Source: Thermodesulfobacteriota bacterium (GTDB lineage Bacteria; Desulfobacterota; Desulfobacteria; Desulfobacterales; C00003060). From it: a stretch of DNA of 64,000 bases. The stretch is taken from contig JAXHVD010000001.1 in assembly GCA_034189385.1 (NCBI GenBank), positions 160,001-224,000 of the forward strand. Reading direction: 5' to 3'. The position numbers and the translations under genes are program-made. Numbering within the stretch: the stretch's first letter is position 1; each line of letters begins with the position of its first letter. The notes beneath the pieces are model-generated. The model worked only from the letters and a program-made list of their open reading frames with translations, searched no databases and was not told where the DNA came from. This document shows positions 20,327 through 31,968 of the stretch, in pieces.

Positions 20327-22009
20327 ATGGCTATGTTCGATGACAAGAAGCTGAAGGAGATCGAAAAGGCCTCGGCTGCCTGGTCTGAAGCAACCGAAAA
20401 GGTCCTGACGAAGCGTCCTGAGCGTCAGGAGAGCTTTCAAACCCTATCTGGAATCCCTCTGGAGCGCGTCTACACCCCCCTTTCTGAACGTGAATCAGAC
20501 TACCTAGAGGACCTGGGCTTTCCCGGAAGATACCCCTACACACGGGGGGTACAGCCGACAATGTACCGCGGCCGTTTGTGGACCATGCGGCAGTACGCTG
20601 GCTTTGCCAGTGCTGAGGAGTCCAACAAACGCTACAAGTTCTTGCTGGAACAGGGCCAGACCGGGCTTAGTGTTGCCTTTGATCTGCCGACCCAGATCGG
20701 ATACGATTCCGACCACCCCTTGGCCCAAGGCGAAGTGGGCAAGGTGGGCGTGGCGATCGATTCCTTGATGGACATGGAGGCCCTCTTTGACGGTATCCCC
20801 TTGGATCGGGTCAGCACGTCTATGACCATCAACGCGCCGGCTGCCATTGTCCTGGCCATGTACGTGGAGACGGCCACAAAACAGGGCATCTCTGCCGAGA
20901 AGCTAACGGGGACCATCCAGAATGACATCTTAAAAGAGTATGCGGCCCGCGGCACCTACATCTTTCCGCCAGGGCCTTCCATGCGGATCATTACAGATAC
21001 CTTTGCCTTCTGTTCCCGCCATATTCCCAGATGGAACACCATTAGCATTAGTGGATATCACATCAGGGAGGCAGGCTCTTCAGCCGTGCAAGAAGTGGCC
21101 TTTACGTTGGCCAATGGGATGGCCTATGTGGAGGCGGCAACAAGGGCGGGCCTCAAGGTCGATGACTTCGCCCCGCGGCTTTCTTTTTTCTTTAATGCCC
21201 ACATGGACTTTTTTGAAGAGATCGCCAAATTCAGGGCTGCACGGCGCTTGTGGGCCCGGATCATGAGCACCCGTTTTGGCGCCACCTCTCCTAAGTCTCT
21301 TATGCTCCGTTTTCATACCCAAACAGCCGGTTGCACCCTTACGGCCCAGCAGCCCCAGAATAACGTGATGCGCGTCACCCTTCAGGCACTCTCTGCTGTC
21401 CTTGGCGGCACCCAGTCGCTGCACACGAATTCCATGGATGAGGCTTTCTCTTTGCCTTCTGAGGAGGCCGTACAGATGGCCTTAAGGACCCAGCAAGTGA
21501 TCGCCCACGAGTCTGGCGTGGCCGACACGGCAGATCCCTTGGGGGGGTCCTTTTATGTGGAACACTTGACCGATGAGATCGAGCGAAGATCCCAGGCCTA
21601 CCTTGACGAGATTGACAAGATGGGTGGCGCTGTGGCCGCTATTGAACAAGGGTTTGTTCAAAAGGAGATCCAGGAAAGCGCCTATGCCTATCAGCGGGCA
21701 GTGGAGTCGGGTGCCCAGATCGTCGTGGGCCTCAACAAGTTTCAGCAGGACGACAGCACCCCCAGGGGTCTTCTTCGGGTGGACCCTGCTGTGAGAGAAT
21801 CTCAGATGGCCAAGCTGAAACAACTGAAGAGCCAGAGGGACGACACGGCAGTGGGTCGCGCCCTTGATAAGCTCAAAGGCTGTGCCCGGGGTACGGACAA
21901 CCTCATGTCGCCGATCACGGAGGCGGTGACGTGTTATGCTACTTTGGGGGAGATCTGTGATGCCCTGAGGTCGGTGTTTGGAGAGTACAGGCCTGTTTCG
22001 ACATTGTAG
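20327..22009 (+). CDS. Methylmalonyl-CoA mutase family, large (substrate-binding) subunit
   Basis: [36 protein letters not shown]. Confidence 0.95.
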   Translation: MAMFDDKKLKEIEKASAAWSEATEKVLTKRPERQESFQTLSGIPLERVYTPLSERESDYLEDLGFPGRYPYTRGVQPTMYRGRLWTMRQYAGFASAEESNKRYKFLLEQGQTGLSVAFDLPTQIGYDSDHPLAQGEVGKVGVAIDSLMDMEALFDGIPLDRVSTSMTINAPAAIVLAMYVETATKQGISAEKLTGTIQNDILKEYAARGTYIFPPGPSMRIITDTFAFCSRHIPRWNTISISGYHIREAGSSAVQEVAFTLANGMAYVEAATRAGLKVDDFAPRLSFFFNAHMDFFEEIAKFRAARRLWARIMSTRFGATSPKSLMLRFHTQTAGCTLTAQQPQNNVMRVTLQALSAVLGGTQSLHTNSMDEAFSLPSEEAVQMALRTQQVIAHESGVADTADPLGGSFYVEHLTDEIERRSQAYLDEIDKMGGAVAAIEQGFVQKEIQESAYAYQRAVESGAQIVVGLNKFQQDDSTPRGLLRVDPAVRESQMAKLKQLKSQRDDTAVGRALDKLKGCARGTDNLMSPITEAVTCYATLGEICDALRSVFGEYRPVSTL

Positions 22010-22074
22010 AGGCAGGACAAAGAAACGACGCGTCAGTTTTACGCAAATGCGTGCAGAGTTTTTGAGATTAGGTC

Positions 22075-22278
22075 GGGCGACAGGTAATTAAATTTGAAAA
22101 CGTCTGAAACTCGCTTATAAGTGAGCCTAAAAAAAGGCGTATTGATGACGTTAAAAGGCCGGTCCTCGGATGTGGAGGTCATGGATCTTAAAAAACCAGT
22201 CCGAAAGCTGTCTCGTTTTTCTTAAGGCTCACTAATGCGCTCAAACAGTCAGCCATTTTCAAATTGAACCGCCTGCCC
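22075..22278. mobile_element. MITE-like palindromic insertion between the mutase subunit genes
   Basis: Arms aatttgaaaa..tga / tca..ttttcaaatt and agtgagcct / aggctcact; a related end lies at 34311-34341. Confidence 0.6.
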
Positions 22279-22359
22279 CCCTCAAGTCCCGATGGGTGGG
22301 AAGAATTATGAACGGCAGGTGAGCCGTCACCACCACCACCGACCACCGGAGCTTAAGCA

Positions 22360-22761
22360 ATGAACGACAGAAGAATCAGAGTGTTAGCGGCAAAGCCAGG
22401 GCTGGATGGTCATGATCGGGGTATCAAGGTCATCTGCTATGCCCTCCGTGACGCCGGCATGGAGGTGATTTACACAGGCCTGCGTCAGACACCCGAGCAG
22501 ATTGTTCAGGCGGCAATCCAGGAGGGCGTGGATGTCGTTGCCATGAGCGTCTTGTCTGGGGCCCATGACTATCTTTTCCCCAGGGTGATGGAACTTCTAC
22601 GGGACGCCGGGGCCGCTGACATACTGGTAATCGGTGGCGGTATCATCCCGGAAGAGGACATCGCCGATTTGCAGCAGGTGGGCATTAGGGCCATATTCGG
22701 CCCAGGCACGCAGACGGGTGATATCGTTCACTTCATAGAAGAAAACGTTTCCAGGTCGTGA
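22360..22761 (+). CDS. Methylmalonyl-CoA mutase B12-binding small subunit
   Basis: [10 protein letters not shown] motif, GGGIIP. Confidence 0.95.
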   Translation: MNDRRIRVLAAKPGLDGHDRGIKVICYALRDAGMEVIYTGLRQTPEQIVQAAIQEGVDVVAMSVLSGAHDYLFPRVMELLRDAGAADILVIGGGIIPEEDIADLQQVGIRAIFGPGTQTGDIVHFIEENVSRS

Positions 22762-23510
22762 AGATCTCGCCATCTTCCCATGGTCTCATCCTGTTCTTGC
22801 TTTGTTTTCTGGTTGTCCTGCCCAGTTGTGCACGGCCCAAGAAAATCCCAACTCCCCGCCCAGCGCACCCCTCGGCATACAAGATTGGCAACAAGTGGTA
22901 TTATCCCCTGAAGGAAGCCCGGTCTTTTCGTGAGCGAGGCACGGCATCGTGGTACGGGAAGGAGTTTCACGGAAGAAAAACGTCCAACGGTGAGATCTAT
23001 AATATGTATGCCATGACAGGGGCTCACAAGACCCTGCCCTTTGGGACCTACGTCAGGGTTGACAACCTAGAAAATGGCAAGAAAGTAGATGTTCGAATAA
23101 ATGATCGAGGCCCCTTTGTCCGAGGCAGGATCATTGATCTTTCCTATAGGGCCGCCAGCGAGATTGGGTTGGTAGGCCCAGGCACTGCACCAGTGGAGAT
23201 TGCGGCACTGGGGATCCCCAAGGAGACCCGGGTCCATGGGAAGGTGAAACGCACACTAGTGCCCGGCAACTATTATGCCGGCAACTTTGCAGTCCAGGTG
23301 GGGGCCTTTAAAAACCGAACTAATGCCCGTAGGCTCAGGGACAGGGTGGCACAGATACACAAGGATGCTTACATCACGGTGTACGAAAGCAGGGAGGGCA
23401 AATACTACAGGGTTCGCGCTGCAAAGTGCACGACCTTAGACCAAGCCAGACGGTACCAGAAGATGCTGGAAGAGGACGGGTACCGAGATGCTTTTGTCGT
23501 GGTTCCTTAG
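22758..23510 (+). CDS. rlpA: Septal ring lytic transglycosylase RlpA (lipoprotein, SPOR domain)
   Basis: ASWYG, AHKTLP, INDRGPF, IIDLS; LPSC lipobox. Confidence 0.93.
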   Translation: MKISPSSHGLILFLLCFLVVLPSCARPKKIPTPRPAHPSAYKIGNKWYYPLKEARSFRERGTASWYGKEFHGRKTSNGEIYNMYAMTGAHKTLPFGTYVRVDNLENGKKVDVRINDRGPFVRGRIIDLSYRAASEIGLVGPGTAPVEIAALGIPKETRVHGKVKRTLVPGNYYAGNFAVQVGAFKNRTNARRLRDRVAQIHKDAYITVYESREGKYYRVRAAKCTTLDQARRYQKMLEEDGYRDAFVVVP

Positions 23511-23791
23511 GGGGTGTTGATCTTCTTTCTTAAGATCCCAGAGGTCTTAAAGACAACGACTCTCCGGGCGCGCAGCTGCAAGTCCTCTCGGGTCTGTGGG
23601 TTGCGGCCACGCCTGGCCCTCTTTTCTTTTACCACAAACTTCCCGAAACCACTTACCAGGAGATCCTCACCATTGGCCAGGGTGCGCTTCATGATTTCCA
23701 GGAGTTGCTCGACGACTTCCCTGGCGTGGTTCTTCTTTAGACCAAGTTTCAGGTACACTTCATTGATAATCTTGTCTTTGGTCAGGGCCAT
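23507..23791 (-). CDS. ihfA: Integration host factor subunit alpha
   Basis: MALTK.., SGFGKF, RGRNPQT. Confidence 0.88.
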   Translation of the reverse strand: MALTKDKIINEVYLKLGLKKNHAREVVEQLLEIMKRTLANGEDLLVSGFGKFVVKEKRARRGRNPQTREDLQLRARRVVVFKTSGILRKKINTP

Positions 23792-24108
23792 GAAGTCCTC
23801 TCCTTTCACGCCGCATTGCAGTCGTTCCAGAGTTTCGTCAGCTTCTTTTGACTCGAATATGCAACGAATTCAAGAGACTGTCAAGTATTTATTAGTGATG
23901 ACGGGGCAAAAACCCTTTTGTACACCACGTGGGGTCTTCTGGAGAAAAGACATGGACGTGGCTCAACTCAACTAATTGCATTTTTTTCAATAAGTTAGCC
24001 GAAAAACCTCCGGATTTTGGCTGGGCCGCGCAGATGTGGACGGCCACGAATGGGCTGAACAACATCCTGTTTTTACAAAACCTTAAGGAGAGTAGAAAGA
24101 TAGAGGCA

Positions 24109-24663
24109 TTGAAGACGGTCTTCTTAGACAGAGACGGGGTGATTAACAGGGATCGAACCGATTATGTGAAGAGTTGGTCTGATTTCGAGTTCCTGCCAAG
24201 GAGTCTTAATGCCTTAAGGCTTCTGTCCCTTCATGGGTACAGGGTCATTGTCATCACCAATCAATCGGTCATCAATCGTAACATGGTGACAAAGGCAGGG
24301 CTTGAGAAGATACACGACAAGATGAGAGCGGCCGTGGCTGCCTACGGCGGCCACATAGAGGCCGTCTATTATTGCCCTCATGTTCCTGAAGACGGCTGTC
24401 ATTGCCGAAAACCAGAGCCCGGCTTGATCTTTCAAGCCCAAGCCGACTATGGGTGTGATCTAGCCGCTACATGCGTGGTAGGAGACAGCCTTAAGGACAT
24501 CCAGTGTGCCCGCCGGGCACGATGCGGTAAAGCCCTGCTGGTCCGCACAGGCCATGGTGCGCAAACCGAGCGGCTTTGCCAGAAAGGGGAGGTCACGCCG
24601 GACTACGTGGCAGACGACCTCATGGCCGCCGCGGAGTGGCTCCTTGGCCCAGGCTCAACCTAA
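24109..24663 (+). CDS. gmhB: D-glycero-manno-heptose 1,7-bisphosphate phosphatase (start uncertain)
   Basis: FLDRDGVIN, TNQS, CPH..CHCRKP, GDS..D. Confidence 0.92.
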   Translation: MKTVFLDRDGVINRDRTDYVKSWSDFEFLPRSLNALRLLSLHGYRVIVITNQSVINRNMVTKAGLEKIHDKMRAAVAAYGGHIEAVYYCPHVPEDGCHCRKPEPGLIFQAQADYGCDLAATCVVGDSLKDIQCARRARCGKALLVRTGHGAQTERLCQKGEVTPDYVADDLMAAAEWLLGPGST

Positions 24664-24765
24664 GAAGCTGATCTCTCTCACCTTTGGGCCTTCCGTCTTG
24701 ATGACAGCACCAAGTGAGCAACAGGGACCTGCTGCGAAACGTTGCGCCCTGCCCCTTCCAGCTTT

Positions 24766-25533
24766 TCATCCATTTGCCAGAGCGTTTATAAGGGCCGCGA
24801 TGTAGCCTGCGCCGAAACCGTTGTCTATATTCACCACGCTGACATTGGAGGCACAGCTATTGAGCATGGCCAGGAGAGCCGTCATCCCCCCGAAGCTCGC
24901 CCCGTAGCCGATGCTGGTCGGAACGGCGATCACCGGTTTGTCCACAAGACCCCCAACCACACTGGGCAAGGCCCCTTCCATGCCGGCTACGACGACAAAC
25001 ACCGATGCCCCAGACCATAACCCCTTGTGGCCCACGAGACGATGGATGCCCGATACCCCGACGTCATAAAGGGTTTCTGTCCGGTGCCCCATGGTGGTGG
25101 CCGTCACGGCAGCCTCTTCGGCCACCGGTATGTCCGACGTGCCTGCCGAGATGACCATGACAAGCCCCTTTCCGGCCGGCTTGATGGGCCGAGACGAGTG
25201 CACCAGGACTCGGGCCTTGTGGTGATAGGTGGCCTCTGGAAAGTGGGAAGCTACCTCTTTTGCCTTCTCCGCGGAGAGTCGGGTTACCATGACCGTGTCT
25301 CCCTCTTTGACCATGGCCTTCATGATGCCCAAGATCTGGTGAGACGATTTGCCTTCCCCGAAAATCACTTCGGGAAAGCCCTTTCTTAAAGGTCGGTGGT
25401 GGTCCACTTGGGCGTAAGTGAGGTTTTCAAAGGGAAGACGCTTGAGCCTGTCTACGGCCTCATCCACGCTTACCTGACCGCAAGCAATCGATTCCAGGAA
25501 TCTTCTTAAGGTGTTGGCATCCATGGGGTTCAA
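24766..25533 (-). CDS. larB: Nickel pincer cofactor biosynthesis protein LarB (PurE-like)
   Basis: GFPEVIFGEGK, AGTSDIPVAEEA, AGMEGAL, VVNIDNGFGA. Confidence 0.92.
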   Translation of the reverse strand: MNPMDANTLRRFLESIACGQVSVDEAVDRLKRLPFENLTYAQVDHHRPLRKGFPEVIFGEGKSSHQILGIMKAMVKEGDTVMVTRLSAEKAKEVASHFPEATYHHKARVLVHSSRPIKPAGKGLVMVISAGTSDIPVAEEAAVTATTMGHRTETLYDVGVSGIHRLVGHKGLWSGASVFVVVAGMEGALPSVVGGLVDKPVIAVPTSIGYGASFGGMTALLAMLNSCASNVSVVNIDNGFGAGYIAALINALANG

Positions 25534-25798
25534 ACCTCAGCAGGGTCGAAGCGACTCTCTTTCTTATTACCGACAGTGGCTTCCCACCCATGCAGGCAAA
25601 GGGATAGGGTTTTCTAGCATTGGGCCCTGGTGCAGTCAATCACAATCATGTCCGGCCCGAAAGGCCCCACCCGTTGCAAGACATCCTCCTTGATTTACAA
25701 ATCAGATGTGGTAATTAGACACAATGCAGGGCGACACGACGGATCCATCTTTTTACGCTTACAGGCCTGGCAGAGCACTTGTGTAGAGACAACCCTCA

Positions 25799-26257
25799 AT
25801 GAAAAAGGCAGATTCCATCGTAGCGTGCGAGTTTGAGGGAGGCCGCTCCTTCCTTGGAAGACTTCCCCACCGAAGAGACCTTATCACGGCTATCGAGGAT
25901 TTTTCTGTGGGCCATTCCATTCGAACAGGGGTATTCTCAATCATTGGATCTGTGACCTCGGCCACATTGGGATCATATGATCAAAACCAGCAAGTATATG
26001 TGACTTTCAAGCGGGAGGGACCCCTTGAAATCATTCATTGCACGGGCAACATATCTTTAAAAGAGAGCAAGGTGGCAATCCATGCCCATGGTGTGTTCTC
26101 TGACATGGAGGGCGAGACCATAGGAGGGCATGTCTTTTCAGAGACGACTGTCTATGCAGGAGAGATTTTCGTAAGAGAGCTTCTGGGAAGGCCGCTGGCA
26201 CGGGAATACGACACAGACACGGGGCTCTTTCTGTGGAAGGTCGAACCAACCACCTGA
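25799..26257 (+). CDS. PPC domain (DUF296) protein
   Basis: EIIHCTGNIS, HAH and GGH motifs. Confidence 0.88.
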   Translation: MKKADSIVACEFEGGRSFLGRLPHRRDLITAIEDFSVGHSIRTGVFSIIGSVTSATLGSYDQNQQVYVTFKREGPLEIIHCTGNISLKESKVAIHAHGVFSDMEGETIGGHVFSETTVYAGEIFVRELLGRPLAREYDTDTGLFLWKVEPTT

Positions 26258-26321
26258 GTCTTCACCAGGAGAGCAAGAGGTGGGACCATCGGGGATACTG
26301 GAAGTAGGAGGGAAGGAGACA

Positions 26322-27392
26322 ATGGAGCTGAAGATCGAAGAGGTTAAGACACGCAAGGAACTACCTGACGATTCCAAGTTGGGATTTGGGCAGATTTTCA
26401 CCGATCACATGTTCAACATGGACTACACACCAGAATCTGGGTGGCATCATGCCCGCATTGAACCATATGGTCCTATTGTCATGGATCCTGCCACCATGGT
26501 CTTGCATTACGGGCAGGCCATTTTCGAGGGGCTAAAGGCATATCGGTCCTCTGATGGTAACATCCAGCTTTTTCGACCGGATGAAAACGTGGCAAGGCTG
26601 AATCGATCTGCAAGGCTTGTGTGCATTCCAGAAGTCGAAGAGACTTTTACGCTCAATGCCATAAAGAAACTCGTCGCCATTGAAAAGGACTGGGTTCCGA
26701 GGGCACCGGAAACCTCTTTGTACATCCGTCCCACCATCGTGGCCATGGACCCTTACCTTGGCGTTCGGCCTTCTCACACCTATCGTTTTTTTGTGATTTT
26801 GTCTCCCGTGGGTGCCTATTATCCTGAAGGGTTCAACCCTGTGAAGATATGGGTGACGGACAAATACGTTCGGGCTGTTCGCGGCGGCTTGGGAGAAGCC
26901 AAGACACCGGCCAATTATGCTGCCAGCCTTTATGGCGCAGAGGTGGCCAAGAAGGCCGGATACACCCAGGTCCTGTGGCTCGATGCCGTTGAACAGCAGT
27001 ACATCGAAGAGGTGGGCACCATGAATATCTTCTTTGTCATCGCAGATCAGCTGATAACCCCTGCCCTTGGAGGGAGCATCCTGGCTGGGATTACGCGGGA
27101 CTCTGTTCTTGCTCTCGCTAGACATTGGAACATCTCAGTGGTTGAGCGATCGATCTCCATAGGTGAAGTCATGGAGGCCCACAAGAAAGGGACGCTGCAA
27201 GAGATATTTGGCTCTGGAACGGCTGCCGTTATTTCTCCGGTGAGTCATCTGGCTTGGGAAGACACGGTGATCACTGTGGGAGATGGTGGGGTCGGACCCA
27301 TGGCCCACAAGTTGTACGATGCTATTACCGACATACAGTACGGTCGCGCAGAAGATCCTTTCGGTTGGGTTGTCCCCCTGGGAGAGGAATAG
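26322..27392 (+). CDS. ilvE: Branched-chain amino acid aminotransferase
   Basis: FTDHM, LHYGQAIFEGLKAY, EEVGTMN, GTAAVISPV. Confidence 0.96.
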   Translation: MELKIEEVKTRKELPDDSKLGFGQIFTDHMFNMDYTPESGWHHARIEPYGPIVMDPATMVLHYGQAIFEGLKAYRSSDGNIQLFRPDENVARLNRSARLVCIPEVEETFTLNAIKKLVAIEKDWVPRAPETSLYIRPTIVAMDPYLGVRPSHTYRFFVILSPVGAYYPEGFNPVKIWVTDKYVRAVRGGLGEAKTPANYAASLYGAEVAKKAGYTQVLWLDAVEQQYIEEVGTMNIFFVIADQLITPALGGSILAGITRDSVLALARHWNISVVERSISIGEVMEAHKKGTLQEIFGSGTAAVISPVSHLAWEDTVITVGDGGVGPMAHKLYDAITDIQYGRAEDPFGWVVPLGEE

Positions 27393-27396
27393 GAGA

Positions 27397-28044
27397 ATGA
27401 TTGTCAAACAGTTGACAGTCGGCTTTATGGAGGTGTTTTGCTATATCCTGGGGTGCGAAGAGACACAAAAGGCCCTGTTGATAGATCCGGCCGGGGACGA
27501 AGAGCGCGTCATCGACACTGCCCGCGGGCTTGGCCTCACCATAGAATCGGTGGTCAACACCCACGGTCACCCCGATCACACCTGTGGTAACGCAAAGGTA
27601 AAAGATCTTACGGGAGCCAAGATCTATATGCACGCCCTGGACGACCGGCTATTCAATACGCCTGAAGGTCAATCTATGGCTAGACAGATGGGATTTGCCA
27701 TATCGCCCCCAGCAGATGTGCATGTGGACGATGGGGAAGTGATCGCCTTCGGCAACAGCGAGTTGGCTGTGCTCCATACTCCGGGACATAGCCCTGGCGG
27801 GGTCTGCCTCTATGGGGAGAACAACCTCTTTACGGGGGATACCCTTTTTGTGGGGGCCGTGGGAAGGACCGATTTGCCGGGAGGGTCCTTGGATACAATG
27901 CTCAAGTCCATCAAGGAGAAGATACTCCCCCTCCCAGATGATACGATCATCTGGCCGGGCCACAACTACGGGGCTAGTCCCACGTCTACAGTCGGACTGG
28001 AGAAACAACACAACCCCTATATCACTGATTTTAGTCTCGTGTAA
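27397..28044 (+). CDS. MBL-fold metallohydrolase
   Basis: THGHPDH, HTPGHSPG, TGDTLF, PGH. Confidence 0.93.
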   Translation: MIVKQLTVGFMEVFCYILGCEETQKALLIDPAGDEERVIDTARGLGLTIESVVNTHGHPDHTCGNAKVKDLTGAKIYMHALDDRLFNTPEGQSMARQMGFAISPPADVHVDDGEVIAFGNSELAVLHTPGHSPGGVCLYGENNLFTGDTLFVGAVGRTDLPGGSLDTMLKSIKEKILPLPDDTIIWPGHNYGASPTSTVGLEKQHNPYITDFSLV

Positions 28045-28078
28045 TAAGATCAGGCCCAGGGAAGCCTGAAAGAACAAT

Positions 28079-28615
28079 ATGGTCAACGACTTTGAACCAA
28101 AGCAGTTTCTAGCGAGCTTCTTTGGCACGGCCAAGGCTGTCTTGTTATCTCCCCGGCCCTTTTATGAGGGCATGAAGACCCAAGGGGGCTTTGGGAATCC
28201 TTTCGTGTTCTTGGTATGCTGTATAGCGGTTCACTCCCTGCTCGCCGGATTGGTCCTAAATAACGCAGCGTTCATAGCCCGCAATCTAGTCTTAGGCATT
28301 GCCATGCCTTTTGTGACGTCTGGACTTTTCTTGTTTTTCCTCATCCATTTTTTCAAGGCCTCAGGAACCTATGAAGCAGCCTTCAGGGTAAACGCCTATG
28401 CAGGGGCCATATCGCTCCTGTCCTGGGTTCCAGTGGTTGGCCTCATCCTTGAGTTCTATAGGATATACTTACTCGTCGTCGGGCTAAGTGCCGCTTTTTC
28501 CGTGAAGGTTTCGCGGTCCTTTTTGACTGTCTTGATGACGCTGTTTACATATATGGTTTTGGGTGCTGCCATATTCCATATCACAGGAGGCCGATGGCCC
28601 GGGGCACCGTCTTGA
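28079..28615 (+). CDS. YIP1-family membrane protein
   Basis: Multi-TM ORF with LLSPRPFY N-terminal motif. Confidence 0.75.
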   Translation: MVNDFEPKQFLASFFGTAKAVLLSPRPFYEGMKTQGGFGNPFVFLVCCIAVHSLLAGLVLNNAAFIARNLVLGIAMPFVTSGLFLFFLIHFFKASGTYEAAFRVNAYAGAISLLSWVPVVGLILEFYRIYLLVVGLSAAFSVKVSRSFLTVLMTLFTYMVLGAAIFHITGGRWPGAPS

Positions 28616-28712
28616 GACGGTGAGCCTCTGGGAGGAAAGGGCAAGGATGTAAGACGTTACATCGTGGCCACGAAGATCGCCTCATGAAGCTCGGCAATAG
28701 GAAGTAAAGCAG

Positions 28713-30296
28713 ATGGGAAAAGACAGCGACAAGATCAGGAAAATGGAAAAAAATGTGCGGGACAGTGAGGCGCAATATCGAAGGCTCGTTGAAATCGTCG
28801 ATGACGGTATTATTATTGTTCAAGACGGCATAGTCGTGAAGAGCAATACCCATTTCGCAGCGATGTGCGGCCAAAGCGTTGATGAGGTCCTTGGATCGAT
28901 CTTTGATGACCTTTTCCCTTCTCCAGATAGTGGTCGTCCACGAGGCCTTAAGAAAAGCAGTCATGAAAGAGGGGATGTCTCGCGGTTCTGTGAAGGCAGC
29001 ATGCAGCATAAGAACGGTCACAGATTTCAAGTGCACATCAATTCGGGCCCGATCTCCTATCATGATAGGCCGGCGGATCTCATGGCCGTGCGAAATATAT
29101 CTCGTGAAATAAAGATGGAAAAGGAACTTGAAAAGGCCAAGCAGCTTGAGTCCATTGCCGCCCTTTCTGGCGGCATTGCCCACGACTATAATAATTTACT
29201 CACTGCCATCATCGGGAATATCTCACTGGCACAGTCGTGTTTTGAACCTGGCGACGAGGCTTTCAATATGCTCCATGAGGCCTATGAAGCGTCCATGCTG
29301 GCAAAGGACTTGACCCAGAAGCTGATCACCTTTTCCAGGGGTGGTGCGCCGGCCACTAAAACCGTTGCTATTTCTCCATTACTCAGGAGTGTCACTGAGT
29401 TCACCTTGAGTGGTTCCAACATCAAGTATAAGTTCTCGTTCCAGGGCGGGCTTTGGCCGGTACAGATTGATCCAAACCAGATTGGTCAAGCGATACACAA
29501 TCTGGTTGTCAACTCAAAAGACGCTATGCCCGAAGGAGGTTTGATTACGGTCGGTGCTGAAAACATGAATGTTGCTGAAGAAAGCTCGAACCTGAAAGCG
29601 GGAAGGTATGTGAAGATATCCATTGAGGATGAGGGGATAGGTATACCTGAGAAGGATTTGGAGGTCATCTTTGATCCCTATTTTTCAAGCAAAGAGATAG
29701 GAACAGAGAAAGGTACGGGACTGGGGCTTTCCATTTGCCATTCCATCATCAAGAATCACGGCGGAGATGTCTTGGTAGAATCACAAGAGGGAATCGGGAC
29801 TGTTTTTCATGTTTATGTCCCTGCGTCGGAGGGAGAAGTCATTGAGGAGAAGCCTTCAATTGAGGAGCCGCTGGGTGCAGAACCTATTTTGGGAAAGGGA
29901 AGGATTCTCGTCATGGATGATGAAAGGAGAATACGAGAACTTGCCAGCAAGATGATGAATCGCTTGGGCTATGATGTCGTATTCTCGCGAGATGGTGCTG
30001 AAGCCGTTGAGATGTACAAAAAAGCAATGGACTCAGGTCAGCCGTTTGATGCAGTCATTTTGGATTTGACCATTCGAGGCGGCATGGGCGGCAAAGAGGC
30101 CATCAAGAGACTGATCAAAATCGACCCGCATGTCAAAGGGATTGTGTCAAGCGGTTATTCCGACGATCCTGTGATGGCTAATTACAGAAAATACGGCTTC
30201 AGTGGTGTTGTTGCCAAACCGTACAGTATTGTTGAAATAAGTCACAATCTAAGTAGGGTGTTGACCGATTCTGGATCAAGTGCCGAGAAGAGGTAA
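28713..30296 (+). CDS. Hybrid PAS histidine kinase/receiver
   Basis: GGIAHDYNN H-box, DEGIG, GTGLGL, C-terminal REC. Confidence 0.95.
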   Translation: MGKDSDKIRKMEKNVRDSEAQYRRLVEIVDDGIIIVQDGIVVKSNTHFAAMCGQSVDEVLGSIFDDLFPSPDSGRPRGLKKSSHERGDVSRFCEGSMQHKNGHRFQVHINSGPISYHDRPADLMAVRNISREIKMEKELEKAKQLESIAALSGGIAHDYNNLLTAIIGNISLAQSCFEPGDEAFNMLHEAYEASMLAKDLTQKLITFSRGGAPATKTVAISPLLRSVTEFTLSGSNIKYKFSFQGGLWPVQIDPNQIGQAIHNLVVNSKDAMPEGGLITVGAENMNVAEESSNLKAGRYVKISIEDEGIGIPEKDLEVIFDPYFSSKEIGTEKGTGLGLSICHSIIKNHGGDVLVESQEGIGTVFHVYVPASEGEVIEEKPSIEEPLGAEPILGKGRILVMDDERRIRELASKMMNRLGYDVVFSRDGAEAVEMYKKAMDSGQPFDAVILDLTIRGGMGGKEAIKRLIKIDPHVKGIVSSGYSDDPVMANYRKYGFSGVVAKPYSIVEISHNLSRVLTDSGSSAEKR

Positions 30297-30447
30297 TGGC
30301 TTGGGTTGAAGGTGCGGGCCCATGGATCCTTACTGCCTTGACATCTTCCCGGTGTCAAGGTAGCGTGACATTTCCGCTGCAGGTTATGCAGATAGGGCTA
30401 TGTCATGTGAAAGGCTGCATCGAAGCCACAAGAGGTTCTAGCGTGCC

Positions 30448-30690
30448 ATGGACAAAAAGCAGTTCATAACGGCCTATAAACAGGAATACCGAACCATCTT
30501 GGCGGTGCTACAAAAGGTGGGAATAGACTACATCAACAGTGGTCATCTGAAGGGCGACCCCTTAGAACACCTTGAGTACGTACTCAATTCTGTTCGAGAC
30601 TCTTGCGAAAAGACCATATGTGTCGTGTGCGAGAAACAGAGAGAAGAAGAGAAGAAGGATCAGAAGAACAGGTTGAAAATCATCAAGTGA
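30448..30690 (+). CDS. Small hypothetical protein
   Basis: 80-aa ORF. Confidence 0.55.
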   Translation: MDKKQFITAYKQEYRTILAVLQKVGIDYINSGHLKGDPLEHLEYVLNSVRDSCEKTICVVCEKQREEEKKDQKNRLKIIK

Positions 30691-30775
30691 CTTCATGATT
30701 TCAAGGAGGGTGGGCCCCTGTCCTGCCCAGAACCCCCAGTATCATTTACAGTCTTATGCACGACTGGAAACACAA

Positions 30776-31930
30776 ATGGGCAGATTCAGATCAGCCGTAT
30801 TCTTTCTCTCCTACTTCCTTCATTTTTTCACCTTTTGGATGGTACTGGCCTACTTACCTCTTCTCCTGGCATCCTACGGCATTGCAGACCAGCAGATAGG
30901 TTTTGCCATTGGCCTCAATTCCCTTTCGAGCATCCTCTTAGTCCTTCCCTTTGGTGTGTTGTCGGATTACTTCTCTCCGAAGAGGACACTGACCTTCGGC
31001 GCTGTCTGTTACAGTGCCTATTTTTTGCTCCTTCTCACCTTAAAAGATTTCGTCAGCATTTGCCTTGTGCTTGTCATCGGTGGTGTGGGAGCAGCGGCAG
31101 TGAGGGTGATTTTGACATCTCTATACCTCAAGCTCATGGGCGGGACAGGGCGGGGGAAGAAGGTGGCTTTCCTGCAGCTGGGTGGATACCTGGGTTTCGG
31201 ATTGGGGCCTCTCGTGGGGGGGTATGTTTACGAAACCTTTGGTGCAGGTCTCATGATAAAGGGGGCATGGGGTTTGTCGATTGTCATCATCGTGCTTACG
31301 CAGCTCCTGAAAGATCCCCCACCTGTGGTTTTCAGCTTCAGAGATTACAGGCGAGACATCAAAGAGCCGAATGTCCTGTTCTTGGTGGCCGTCGTCTTTG
31401 TGCTTGGCACCCACTTCGGGGCAGAACAGACGAGTATTAGCCTCCTGATGAAGGACATCATCGGTTTGACCAAGAGGCAAATCGGAGTCATATTTTTTGT
31501 TTTGGGGGCCTGGATGGCTCTTCTTGTTCCCTTTGCTGGCAGGCTCATGGACAAAAGGCACAGCGTGTTTCTCTTCCTTCTGGTAGGGCTTTTGATTTCT
31601 AGTTGTTTTCAGTTCATCACGGCCTTCACCCACACGTTTTACAGCCTCCTGATCGTGAGGGTGATCCACACCATGGGTGATACCTTGGCCATCTTGGAAT
31701 CTGATGTGCTGACCGCCCAATTCTTTCCGGCTGGGAGACTGGGGGGAAATTCTGGCCTGATCTTCTGTGTCAGGACATCGGCCATCTTCCTGTTTGCCGC
31801 TTTTTCGGGATGGCTCAACCAGGGATGGGGTTACAAAATGCCTTTTATTATAAATGGAATTATGGTATTCGCATTCACCCTGACAGCCCTGTTATACCGC
31901 GACAAAGCGGTTCAACTGAGGGCCAGGTAA
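30776..31930 (+). CDS. MFS transporter
   Basis: About 12 TM segments; GVLSDYF and GRLMDK loop motifs. Confidence 0.88.
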   Translation: MGRFRSAVFFLSYFLHFFTFWMVLAYLPLLLASYGIADQQIGFAIGLNSLSSILLVLPFGVLSDYFSPKRTLTFGAVCYSAYFLLLLTLKDFVSICLVLVIGGVGAAAVRVILTSLYLKLMGGTGRGKKVAFLQLGGYLGFGLGPLVGGYVYETFGAGLMIKGAWGLSIVIIVLTQLLKDPPPVVFSFRDYRRDIKEPNVLFLVAVVFVLGTHFGAEQTSISLLMKDIIGLTKRQIGVIFFVLGAWMALLVPFAGRLMDKRHSVFLFLLVGLLISSCFQFITAFTHTFYSLLIVRVIHTMGDTLAILESDVLTAQFFPAGRLGGNSGLIFCVRTSAIFLFAAFSGWLNQGWGYKMPFIINGIMVFAFTLTALLYRDKAVQLRAR

Positions 31931-31968
31931 AGGGCCCTTATGCCCGGAGGCGATGCAAAGGAAAGGTC

